NCBI GenBank assembly: GCA_044507735.1
Contig: JBIQJB010000039.1
Location: 1 to 11,397, forward strand
Direction of reading: 5' to 3'
Length of the DNA: 11,397 nucleotides
Origin: Nitrosopumilales archaeon
GTDB lineage: Archaea > Thermoproteota > Nitrososphaeria > Nitrososphaerales > Nitrososphaeraceae
The notes below the pieces were generated by a model. The model did not search any database, was not told where the DNA came from, and was given only the letters and a program-made list of their open reading frames with translations. Positions 1 to 6,764 of the stretch are shown piece after piece; position 1 is the stretch's first letter; each line of letters starts with the position of its first letter. The position numbers and the translations under genes are program-made.

Positions 1-233
1 TCATAGTCATGCGGCATGGCAAGGTACTGTTTGACGCCTTCTAGGCCCTTGAAAATTCCGTCAGGCGCAAAGACAGATGGCGCCCTGGTAGTTGGCAGCT
101 CGCCACAGCAGCTTTCTTCAAACTTGCGGATATGGTATGTCACGTACTCCAATCCCGAATTTGCAAAAAGTCGTACAGCCTCTGCTGAATCAGACCCGTC
201 GTCCAAAAGCAGTACAGGCTTGCGCTTCTGCAT
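1..233 (-). CDS. Small hypothetical protein, glutaredoxin/thioredoxin-like fold suspected; 3' end truncated by window edge
   Basis: Manual translation from ATG at 233-231 gives MQKRKPVLLLDDGSDSAEAVRLFANSGLEYVTYHIRKFEESCCGELPTTRAPSVFAPDGIFKGLEGVKQYLAMPHDY, open to the edge. The beta-alpha-beta pattern and APSVF..DG.FKG resemble the Grx cis-Pro region (TVPQIF.DG..IGG). A TATA-like box and a GGTG lie upstream. It is absent from the ORF track because there is no stop in the window. Confidence 0.8.
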   Translation of the reverse strand, partial: MQKRKPVLLLDDGSDSAEAVRLFANSGLEYVTYHIRKFEESCCGELPTTRAPSVFAPDGIFKGLEGVKQYLAMPHDY

Positions 234-267
234 TCAGAAACACCAGTTAGAGAATCGATAAAAGAAG

Positions 268-285
268 ATATAAAAGCATTTTTTC
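268..285 (-). promoter_or_regulatory. Putative archaeal BRE + TATA box for the 1-233 gene
   Basis: The minus strand reads GAAAAAATGC-TTTTATAT. The TATA is at 275-268, 35 nt upstream of the ATG at 233. Confidence 0.6.
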
Positions 286-299
286 TTGCGTTTTCTTGC
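281..299. repeat. 9-bp direct repeat TTTTCTTGC x2 with 10-bp period
   Basis: Copies at 281-289 and 291-299, directly upstream of the putative BRE/TATA on the minus strand. Confidence 0.5.
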
Positions 300-309
300 T
301 ACCGGCGGT

Positions 310-717
310 TCAGGAATTTTTTGTTTGAATATTTCCTCTCAGCTTGACGGTAGTCTCATAATGCTGCTCGTTCCAGTGCTCTACAAAGCTCCTCTTGATC
401 TCTTCAAGACTGCTGTACGAATGTGTTATGAAGGAAACGACAAACTCGTGCCCTATCTCGGTGCATCTTTCACATTCGTTAACATATGAGGCTGAATGGC
501 CATGAGCTTCGCCTACGACACACAGTTCGGCTGAAAGGATCTGAAAGCTCCAGACCAGGTTCTTCAAGGAATATAGGGGCAAGGGCAATTCCCTGAACCT
601 GCTTGCCCATATTGGAGCAATATCTTCCAACGTCAAAAGGTTGTCAGAACTTAGTCCAGTCTTCTGGGCGGGAGACTGGTACCCCGGAGGCAGAGTTTGC
701 GTCAATACCCTGCGCAT
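310..717 (-). CDS. Hypothetical protein (135 aa) with Cys/His motifs, possible metal binding
   Basis: ATG-initiated ORF with globular composition and motifs CVVGEAHGH, CERC and HWNEQH. A TATA-like element sits 24 nt upstream. It resembles, from memory, a Nitrososphaera hypothetical family (unverified). Confidence 0.75.
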   Translation of the reverse strand: MRRVLTQTLPPGYQSPAQKTGLSSDNLLTLEDIAPIWASRFRELPLPLYSLKNLVWSFQILSAELCVVGEAHGHSASYVNECERCTEIGHEFVVSFITHSYSSLEEIKRSFVEHWNEQHYETTVKLRGNIQTKNS

Positions 718-740
718 ATGCTCTCAAGCGTGCACCAGAC

Positions 741-754
741 TTTTTAATGGTTCA
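741..754 (-). promoter_or_regulatory. Putative BRE/TATA for the 310-717 gene (leaderless spacing)
   Basis: The minus strand reads GAACC-ATTAAAAA. The AT-rich box ends 24 nt before the ATG at 717, the spacing typical of leaderless archaeal transcripts. Confidence 0.45.
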
Positions 755-791
755 GTGTACATTGCAATCAAGCTGATATAGAAAATATTGC

Positions 792-803
792 ATGATATAT
801 CAT
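792..803. promoter_or_regulatory. Perfect 12-bp palindrome ATGATATATCAT, candidate transcription-factor operator
   Basis: Self-reverse-complementary and located in the divergent intergenic region. Related half-sites are TGATATA at 774-780 and TGTATCA at 805-811. Confidence 0.35.
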
Positions 804-1087
804 CTGTATCATCGCTACTCTCACACTGTTTGCACCATACACATCAAGGATAATAGCGACGAGAATTCAGGTTCGACAAGAAAACCGTTATGCATTGTTC
901 CAATCTTATGCTACTGAGGATATTCTCAAGCTTTGCATATTTTAGTCAAGAAGGAGAAGGGGAGGCGGAAGAACACAACAATCCATCTCCGGCGTTTCAA
1001 TTGAGTCCTGCTGAGCCGTTAATGCTATCATCAGTCTGGAAGTAGAGAAGAAAGCCTTGTTGACACCGCATCTGGGAGAAACAGAAA

Positions 1088-3322
1088 TTGATTTTTTCTT
1101 CTGATTTGATTCTGCTAGAAGTGGCCACGCTTCTCTATTCCGCCGGCGCGGCGCTAAGCATAGTGATGCTTAAGGTGAAAATAGGGAACAATGATGGCGG
1201 CAGTTCGGACCATGTGCCGGCGCTATTGTCGTACGTTCCCGCAGTCGCTGCATCCCTCTTTGCAATCATTTTATCTGTCAGCACAATCGTTACAGGTGAA
1301 ACAACCCAATATTCCGTATCTAATGTCCTCCCTTTCGTAGACTTTGAGGTCAAGCTCGACGGCGTCGCAGCATTCTTTGTGCTCCTGCTGGGTATTGTCT
1401 CATTCTCCGTGTCTATCTATTCTATCGCATACTCAAGATTGTTCGATAGCCATAAGGGGCAAAATGCGTCATCTGCTCCTACCTTCGGTTTCTTGTTTAA
1501 CGTCTTTATCTTGTCCATGCTGCTTGTCATCGTATCCAACAATGCATTCTTCTTTCTAGTCTTCTGGGAAGTAATGTCCATCGTCTCGTTCTTCAGCATA
1601 GTTCAGAGTGGTAAAGACGAAGGTGCAGGAGCAGCAGGAGCTGGCAGTACCGGCAAGTTTGCCTCAAGCCTAACGTATCTTGTAATGACACATGCCGGCA
1701 CGGCATTCATCACCGCCCTGTTTTTGCTCATGTTTTCTCAAACAGGAAGCTTTAGTTTTGATTCCTTTGCAGACTGGTCTGCTTCCTCTTCCTCTTCTTC
1801 TGACCCAGCAGCAGCGGCAACTGCGCCTGAAGTCATGAATATCAAGAATGCTGCGTTTATCCTCGGATTCATTGGATTTGGTATCAAGGCCGGCATGGTG
1901 CCATTCCATACATGGCTGCCCAAAGCGCATCCTCTGGCACCAAGCAACATCTCTGCTCTGATGTCCGGTACCATGATCAAGATGGCAATCTATGGACTCG
2001 TTAGAATGCTGCTTGACCTGAACAGCGCAGGCGCATCAGTAGACTATGCGTGGTGGGGCGTGCTGATGATAGCGTCCGGCTCTGCAACTTCCGTTGTAGG
2101 CGTACTCTATGCAGTTGTTAGCAATGACATCAAGAGGACAATTGCATTTAGCAGCGTAGAGAACATGGGAATAATCTTCATAGGGCTGGGCCTGTCTGTG
2201 GTGTTTCTTTCCTATGGCCTTACCGCCTTGCATGGCCTTGCAATTCTGGCAAGCATGCTTCATGCGGCAAACCACGCATTCTTCAAGAGCCTGCTGTTCA
2301 TGGGAGCCGGGTCTGTTGAGTCGAGGACGCATACAGGCAACATGGAAAAGTTGGGCGGCCTTGCCAGGAAAATGCCCTACACGTCGCTGACCTTTCTGAT
2401 AGGGTCGATCTCAATCGCAGGCCTTCCGCCCTTCAATGGCTTTGTAAGCGAATGGCTCACCATGCAGTCCTTGCTATTCACCTCGCAGTTGCCTTCTACC
2501 ATCCTCCAGATATCGCTAGGTTTTGCAAGCCTCGCGTTCGCCCTCTCAATAGGGACCTCTATGGCGGTGTTTGTAAAGCTATTTGGAATCTCATTTTTAG
2601 CCCGCGCCCGGAGCAGCGTCACATCGTCTGCAAGGGAGGTTCCGAAGCTGATGATCTTTGGCAAGTCAATTCTGGCGTTGCTCTGCATACTCTTTGGCAT
2701 CCTGCCGGCAGCAGGCATCAATCTCATATCTTCTGCATTTGATATTGAATCAGCAGATGGCGGCCAACTTGGAATCCTTGGAACCATAGAGCTCCAAAAG
2801 AACTCGGAGCACAATTTCGCCAGCCTTTCCATGCCCTCAATAGTGGTGATGCTACTATCCTTTGGAGCAGCCACAGCTGGTTTTGTGTACGCGATAAGGC
2901 GCGAGAGCGGGAAGAGGCCGATGGTCAAGGCGGCCACCACTCCAACATCATCATCTACTCCAACTTGGTATTCCGGCTATCAACAAGCCGGCGGCAATAG
3001 TAGTAGTAGTAGAAGCGAGTACGGCGCGGCATCATTCTCGCAGCCGATACAAGTTGTCTTTAGGATGCTGTACAAGACCAAGACAAGCATTATCAGGACA
3101 TACCACTCGGACAAGAATCCTTACCTGAGAAAGTCCACAACGGTGCAGAGCGCATCCGTGGACATCTTTGAATCATACTTTTACACGCCCATGATATCTG
3201 CCAGCATCTTCATCCTTGACAAGATCCGCAAAATCCAGACCGGCAAGGTGAACGCGTATCTCCTTTACATCATGATCACGCTGATTCTGCTTCTTCTGAC
3301 TGTGAGGCTGGGGGTTCAGTAA
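1088..3322 (+). CDS. hyfB: HyfB-like antiporter-type membrane subunit (NuoL/M/N-MrpA/D family) of an Ehr/hydrogenase-4-like complex
   Basis: 744 aa, polytopic. Motifs are FLVFWEVMS (TM5 Glu), GIKAGMVPFHTWLPKAHPLAPSNISALMSGTMIK (TM7/TM8 Lys), KRTIAFSSVENMG, NHAFFKSLLF, GLPPFNGFVSEW and the HyfB-type C-terminus QTGKVNAYLLYI. TTG start preceded by GGGAG; the exact start is uncertain. Confidence 0.93.
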   Translation: MIFSSDLILLEVATLLYSAGAALSIVMLKVKIGNNDGGSSDHVPALLSYVPAVAASLFAIILSVSTIVTGETTQYSVSNVLPFVDFEVKLDGVAAFFVLLLGIVSFSVSIYSIAYSRLFDSHKGQNASSAPTFGFLFNVFILSMLLVIVSNNAFFFLVFWEVMSIVSFFSIVQSGKDEGAGAAGAGSTGKFASSLTYLVMTHAGTAFITALFLLMFSQTGSFSFDSFADWSASSSSSSDPAAAATAPEVMNIKNAAFILGFIGFGIKAGMVPFHTWLPKAHPLAPSNISALMSGTMIKMAIYGLVRMLLDLNSAGASVDYAWWGVLMIASGSATSVVGVLYAVVSNDIKRTIAFSSVENMGIIFIGLGLSVVFLSYGLTALHGLAILASMLHAANHAFFKSLLFMGAGSVESRTHTGNMEKLGGLARKMPYTSLTFLIGSISIAGLPPFNGFVSEWLTMQSLLFTSQLPSTILQISLGFASLAFALSIGTSMAVFVKLFGISFLARARSSVTSSAREVPKLMIFGKSILALLCILFGILPAAGINLISSAFDIESADGGQLGILGTIELQKNSEHNFASLSMPSIVVMLLSFGAATAGFVYAIRRESGKRPMVKAATTPTSSSTPTWYSGYQQAGGNSSSSRSEYGAASFSQPIQVVFRMLYKTKTSIIRTYHSDKNPYLRKSTTVQSASVDIFESYFYTPMISASIFILDKIRKIQTGKVNAYLLYIMITLILLLLTVRLGVQ

Positions 3323-3323
3323 A

Positions 3324-4283
3324 ATGGTGGAAGAACTGGGGACTCAGGTGGCGGACGTATTTGTGGGGATCTTCCAAGGACTCGTCATAATAGCGCTGGC
3401 TCCGCTCATCGCTGGAATATCGCGCAAGGTCAAGGCAAGGTCGCAAAAGAGGGTGGGCGCAAGCATAATCCAGCCATACTACGACCTTGCCAAGCTGCTG
3501 ACGGTGAAGGGGGAGATCGCTCCCGAGGGCTCGTCGTGGATATTTGCGTACGCGCCATGGATCAATTTCGTTTGCGTCTCTACCGCAGCCTTCCTCATAC
3601 CCGTCTTTCTGACTTATTCGCCGTTTGGATACGCCGGCGACATTTTTGTGCTGATAGGCCTCTTTGGTCTGGGAAAGTTCTTCCTGATACTGGCCGCAAT
3701 TGATACTGGCAGCACATTTGGGGGGATCGGCGGGAGCAGAGAGATAATGATCTCTGCCATACTCGAGCCCTTCCTGTTCATGGCAGTTTTTCTGGCATCG
3801 CTAACCCACGGAGGCACAAACATCAGCACGATTATCGGAGAAGCGGCGGTTTCCACCACACCCCTGTCGCCGATAGTTCTCTTTGCAGTCATTGCACTGG
3901 TAATAATGATAATCATCGAGACAGGGAGGCTTCCGTTTGACAACCCTGCAACCAACCTTGAGCTGACAATGGTCCACAAAGCGATGCTTTTTGAGTATTC
4001 TGGAAAGGGCCTTGGCCTGCTGGAATGGGCATCATATGTAAAGCAGCTTATCCTCTTTTCAATAGTTATCAACCTCCTCTCCCCCTGGGGGATTGCGCTC
4101 TCAGCTGATGTCGCCTCTGTGTCAGTCGGGCTGGCGGCATACATTGGAAAGGTCTTGCTGTTTGCAGTGCTTCTCTCGCTGCTCGAAGTATCTGTGGCCA
4201 AGTGGAGGCTCTTCAGGATCCCCGACATGATCGCCATGGCAGTCGCGAGTCTGATGATAGGGATGGTGCTGTTCTACATATGA
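3324..4283 (+). CDS. hyfC: HyfC/HycD-like (NuoH-like) membrane subunit
   Basis: 319 aa. Motifs are RKVKARSQKRVGASIIQPYYDLAKLL, DTGSTFGGIGGSRE and ETGRLPFDNPATNLELTMVHKAMLFEYSG. One nucleotide separates it from the hyfB stop. Confidence 0.93.
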   Translation: MVEELGTQVADVFVGIFQGLVIIALAPLIAGISRKVKARSQKRVGASIIQPYYDLAKLLTVKGEIAPEGSSWIFAYAPWINFVCVSTAAFLIPVFLTYSPFGYAGDIFVLIGLFGLGKFFLILAAIDTGSTFGGIGGSREIMISAILEPFLFMAVFLASLTHGGTNISTIIGEAAVSTTPLSPIVLFAVIALVIMIIIETGRLPFDNPATNLELTMVHKAMLFEYSGKGLGLLEWASYVKQLILFSIVINLLSPWGIALSADVASVSVGLAAYIGKVLLFAVLLSLLEVSVAKWRLFRIPDMIAMAVASLMIGMVLFYI

Positions 4284-4960
4284 GTGAAAATGTTGTAACA
4301 ATTTTTGGGATAGACATCCTGACCATATCATCAGCGGCGCTCATCATAGCCACCTTTGGCGTGGTAGTGAGGCGGGAATTTCGCGATTGGCTTGGCGCGT
4401 ACAAGTATCAATCGCTAGTCCTCTCCGCAATAACCGCGATCATTGCCTACGTATCTGGCGTCTGGGAGCTTTACATCGCAGCCGCGCTTACACTGGTAGT
4501 CAAGTGCTTGGTCATACCCCGGATTTTGAATTATGCAACGAGGAATGCAAGGATTGGCTACAACAACATCGAAGTGCGTCCATATGTTAGCATAAGAAGC
4601 GCCGTCATAGTCTCTGCACTTTTTGTAGCACTATCGTATTTCCTTACCCAGCAGTTTCCAGTAGGCTCTGACCCTCTGGTGGCGTCGTTTCTGCCTGTTT
4701 CATTTGCACTTTTCCTGATAGGCCTGTTTGTGACAGTAATCCGGAGAATAGCCTTGAATCAAATGGTGGGGCTGCTGATAATAGAAAATGGGTTATTCCT
4801 CTTTACCGCGGTTCTTGGAGGAACATCCATTCTGATAGAAGTCGGGATATTTGCCGACATCCTGGTCGGGGTAGTAATCGCCGCCATCCTGCTTTCACGC
4901 ATGGGCTCTGTCATTGAGAGCATGGACATCGATAGGCTTACGCATTTGAGGGATGATTAG
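4280..4960 (+). CDS. hyfE: HyfE-like membrane subunit (NuoK-like C-terminal part)
   Basis: Hydrophobic 226-aa protein MSENVVTIFG... with YKYQSLVL, KCLVIPRIL and ALNQMVGLLIIENG. The start is reassigned from 4202 to ATG 4280, which forms an ATGA overlap with the hyfC stop. Confidence 0.88.
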   Translation: MSENVVTIFGIDILTISSAALIIATFGVVVRREFRDWLGAYKYQSLVLSAITAIIAYVSGVWELYIAAALTLVVKCLVIPRILNYATRNARIGYNNIEVRPYVSIRSAVIVSALFVALSYFLTQQFPVGSDPLVASFLPVSFALFLIGLFVTVIRRIALNQMVGLLIIENGLFLFTAVLGGTSILIEVGIFADILVGVVIAAILLSRMGSVIESMDIDRLTHLRDD

Positions 4961-6632
4961 GAGAATGAGCATCATAGATCTAATAGCATCATCATCGTCG
5001 TCGTCTGAAGCTCTAAAGCAGGCGGTAATAACGACAACAACAGCAGCAACAACAACATTTCAGCTTGAGAGCCTGCTTGTCCTCATTTTGCTTGTTACGC
5101 CCCTTGCCAGTGCGGTCGCAGTGTCAATATTGCGAAGCAAGCGGGCGATAGAGATAGCAACATTATCTTCAACCTTTATTCTCCTTGTAAATGGAATTAT
5201 TGTTGCAGCCGAGATAATCGAAAGAAAGAGCATATCTGCATTTGATGAAATATTCTATGTCGATTCGCTTGGCGCAATAATCATCATTTCCATAGCGATC
5301 GTTGGGTTCGCATCCTCGCTCCACTCTATCAATTACATTGGAAGGCAGTATGAACGGGGGATGCTTGACCGCAAGTATTTCGTGAGGTACTATCAAGGGT
5401 TCAACGTCTTTCTCTTTACAATGATGCTTGTGCCCATTGCCAACAGCGCCGGATTGATGTGGGCCGCAATTGAAGCTACCACGCTAATTTCTGTGCTGCT
5501 GATCATGATATACATCAAGAGGAGTTCCATAGAGGCCTCGTGGAAATATCTGGTGATAGCTACTGTGGGGTTGTCGTTTGCCCTCTTTGGTACAATCCTC
5601 TTTGATTACTCAGAGGGGGCGGCATTACCACTATTGTCAGGCAATAGCGAAGGGGAGGCAGCCCTTGCAGAAGGCGACATTAGCAGCGGTAGCGAAGCTC
5701 CCGAAGGGATCAAGTGGAGCAACATGGCTGCCGCCGGGGGCAGCGATGGCGGATTGTGGCACCCCGATCCCGTGATGATAAAAGTGGCATTCATTTTCAT
5801 CCTGATAGGTTATGGAACAAAGGCCGGGCTTGCTCCCATGCATACCTGGCTGCCAGATGCACACAGCGAAGCACCGACGCCTGTGAGCGCGCTGCTGTCC
5901 GGAGTGCTCTTGAACTGCTCGATGTACGGGATAATCAGATTTCACATGGTCAGCTCCAATGCCATCGGGCCTGAATTCTCAAGCCAACTGTTGGTCATCC
6001 TGGGAATTGTATCTGCCGGGATTGCAGCGGCGTCGATCTACTTCCAGAAGGACATGAAGCGCATGCTTGCATATTCTAGCGTTGAACACATGGGAATAAT
6101 TTCTGCAGCCATTGGATTTGGCGGGTTCTTTGGAATCTATGGGGCGGTGCTGCACATAATGAACCACGCAATAGTCAAGCCCCTGATGTTTCTTGCTAGC
6201 GGCTCGATAAGTCAAAAGTATGAAACAAAATCGATTGCAAACATTACAGGGGTCATCAGGGTAATGCCACTTTCGGGAATCCTGTTCCTGGTCGGAGGGA
6301 TAGCCATCCTTGGAATGCCGCCATTTAACATATTCTTCAGCGAATTTTTGATATTCAGCTCGGCAATGCAGACTGGTCAGTACCTGTCATTTTCACTTCT
6401 ACTCTTGTTCATCGCCTTGATATTTGCAGGATTTATCCGGCACCTCATAAGGATGGTCTTCGGCTCGCCTCCTGCTGGAATGACAAAGGGTGAGATGGGA
6501 AAGCTGTCAGTGATTCCAATGGTCATGCTCGCAGTATTGGCACTAGTGCTTGGAGTGCACATTCCTGAACCCCTGCAAGTGCTGAGTAACAACATTGCCG
6601 AATTGATAGTGGTGCATGATGGAGGAACATAG
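4953..6632 (+). CDS. hyfF: HyfF-like antiporter-type membrane subunit
   Basis: 559 aa. Motifs are WAAIEATTL, EASWKYLVI, GYGTKAGLAPMHTWLPDAHSEAPTPVSALLSG, KRMLAYSSVEHMG and GMPPFNIFFSEF. It overlaps hyfE by 8 nt; an alternative in-frame ATG is at 4965. Confidence 0.93.
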   Translation: MIRRMSIIDLIASSSSSSEALKQAVITTTTAATTTFQLESLLVLILLVTPLASAVAVSILRSKRAIEIATLSSTFILLVNGIIVAAEIIERKSISAFDEIFYVDSLGAIIIISIAIVGFASSLHSINYIGRQYERGMLDRKYFVRYYQGFNVFLFTMMLVPIANSAGLMWAAIEATTLISVLLIMIYIKRSSIEASWKYLVIATVGLSFALFGTILFDYSEGAALPLLSGNSEGEAALAEGDISSGSEAPEGIKWSNMAAAGGSDGGLWHPDPVMIKVAFIFILIGYGTKAGLAPMHTWLPDAHSEAPTPVSALLSGVLLNCSMYGIIRFHMVSSNAIGPEFSSQLLVILGIVSAGIAAASIYFQKDMKRMLAYSSVEHMGIISAAIGFGGFFGIYGAVLHIMNHAIVKPLMFLASGSISQKYETKSIANITGVIRVMPLSGILFLVGGIAILGMPPFNIFFSEFLIFSSAMQTGQYLSFSLLLLFIALIFAGFIRHLIRMVFGSPPAGMTKGEMGKLSVIPMVMLAVLALVLGVHIPEPLQVLSNNIAELIVVHDGGT

Positions 6633-6644
6633 GGGGAGAGAAGA

Positions 6645-6764
6645 ATGATGACGATGATCTTGAACATCTCAACTAATCGGGAAATCATTGCAACGCGGGC
6701 AGTTACTACTACTGCTATTGCTTGCATGCTGTCCACGATGCGGTGGAGGAGGTGTTGCATTTGA
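6645..6764 (+). CDS. Possible 39-aa small ORF between hyfF and hyfG
   Basis: MMTMILNISTNREIIATRAVTTTAIACMLSTMRWRRCCI*. GGGGGAG (6632-6638) lies 6 nt before the ATG, and its TGA overlaps the proposed hyfG TTG (TTGA). No homology recognised. Confidence 0.3.
   Translation: MMTMILNISTNREIIATRAVTTTAIACMLSTMRWRRCCI
6745..6754 (+). promoter_or_regulatory. Strong Shine-Dalgarno GGAGGAGGTG
   Basis: Matches the archaeal SD consensus GGAGGTG and lies 6 nt upstream of the in-frame TTG at 6761. Confidence 0.65.

Noticed and set aside
16-489. Plus-strand ORFs 16-261 and 286-489
   Set aside because: They are antisense shadows of the better-supported minus-strand genes and have no recognisable motifs.
792-917. 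41-codon His/Cys-containing ORF (MIYHLYHRYSHTVC...) in the intergenic region
   Set aside because: It is short, has no SD or recognisable homology, and starts within the palindrome, so it cannot be supported.
840-1087. Fluoride (crcB) riboswitch or other known riboswitch upstream of the hyf-like genes
   Set aside because: No match by eye to the GGnGATGnnGTYCnCC...GCTRATGAC consensus. Only a weak hairpin (961-969 with 982-990) is present. An Rfam scan would be decisive.
4202-4279. N-terminal 26-aa extension of hyfE in the ORF track
   Set aside because: It overlaps hyfC by 82 nt and is hydrophilic and out of character. ATG 4280 gives a canonical ATGA overlap.
6616-6676. Frameshift at the G5 run (6632-6636) joining an upstream ATG to hyfG
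   Set aside because: The hyfG frame has a TAA at 6674-6676, so a shift there could not produce a fusion.
6722-6760. TTG 6722 as the hyfG start
   Set aside because: It has no SD upstream, while a strong GGAGGAGGTG sits 6 nt before the in-frame TTG at 6761.
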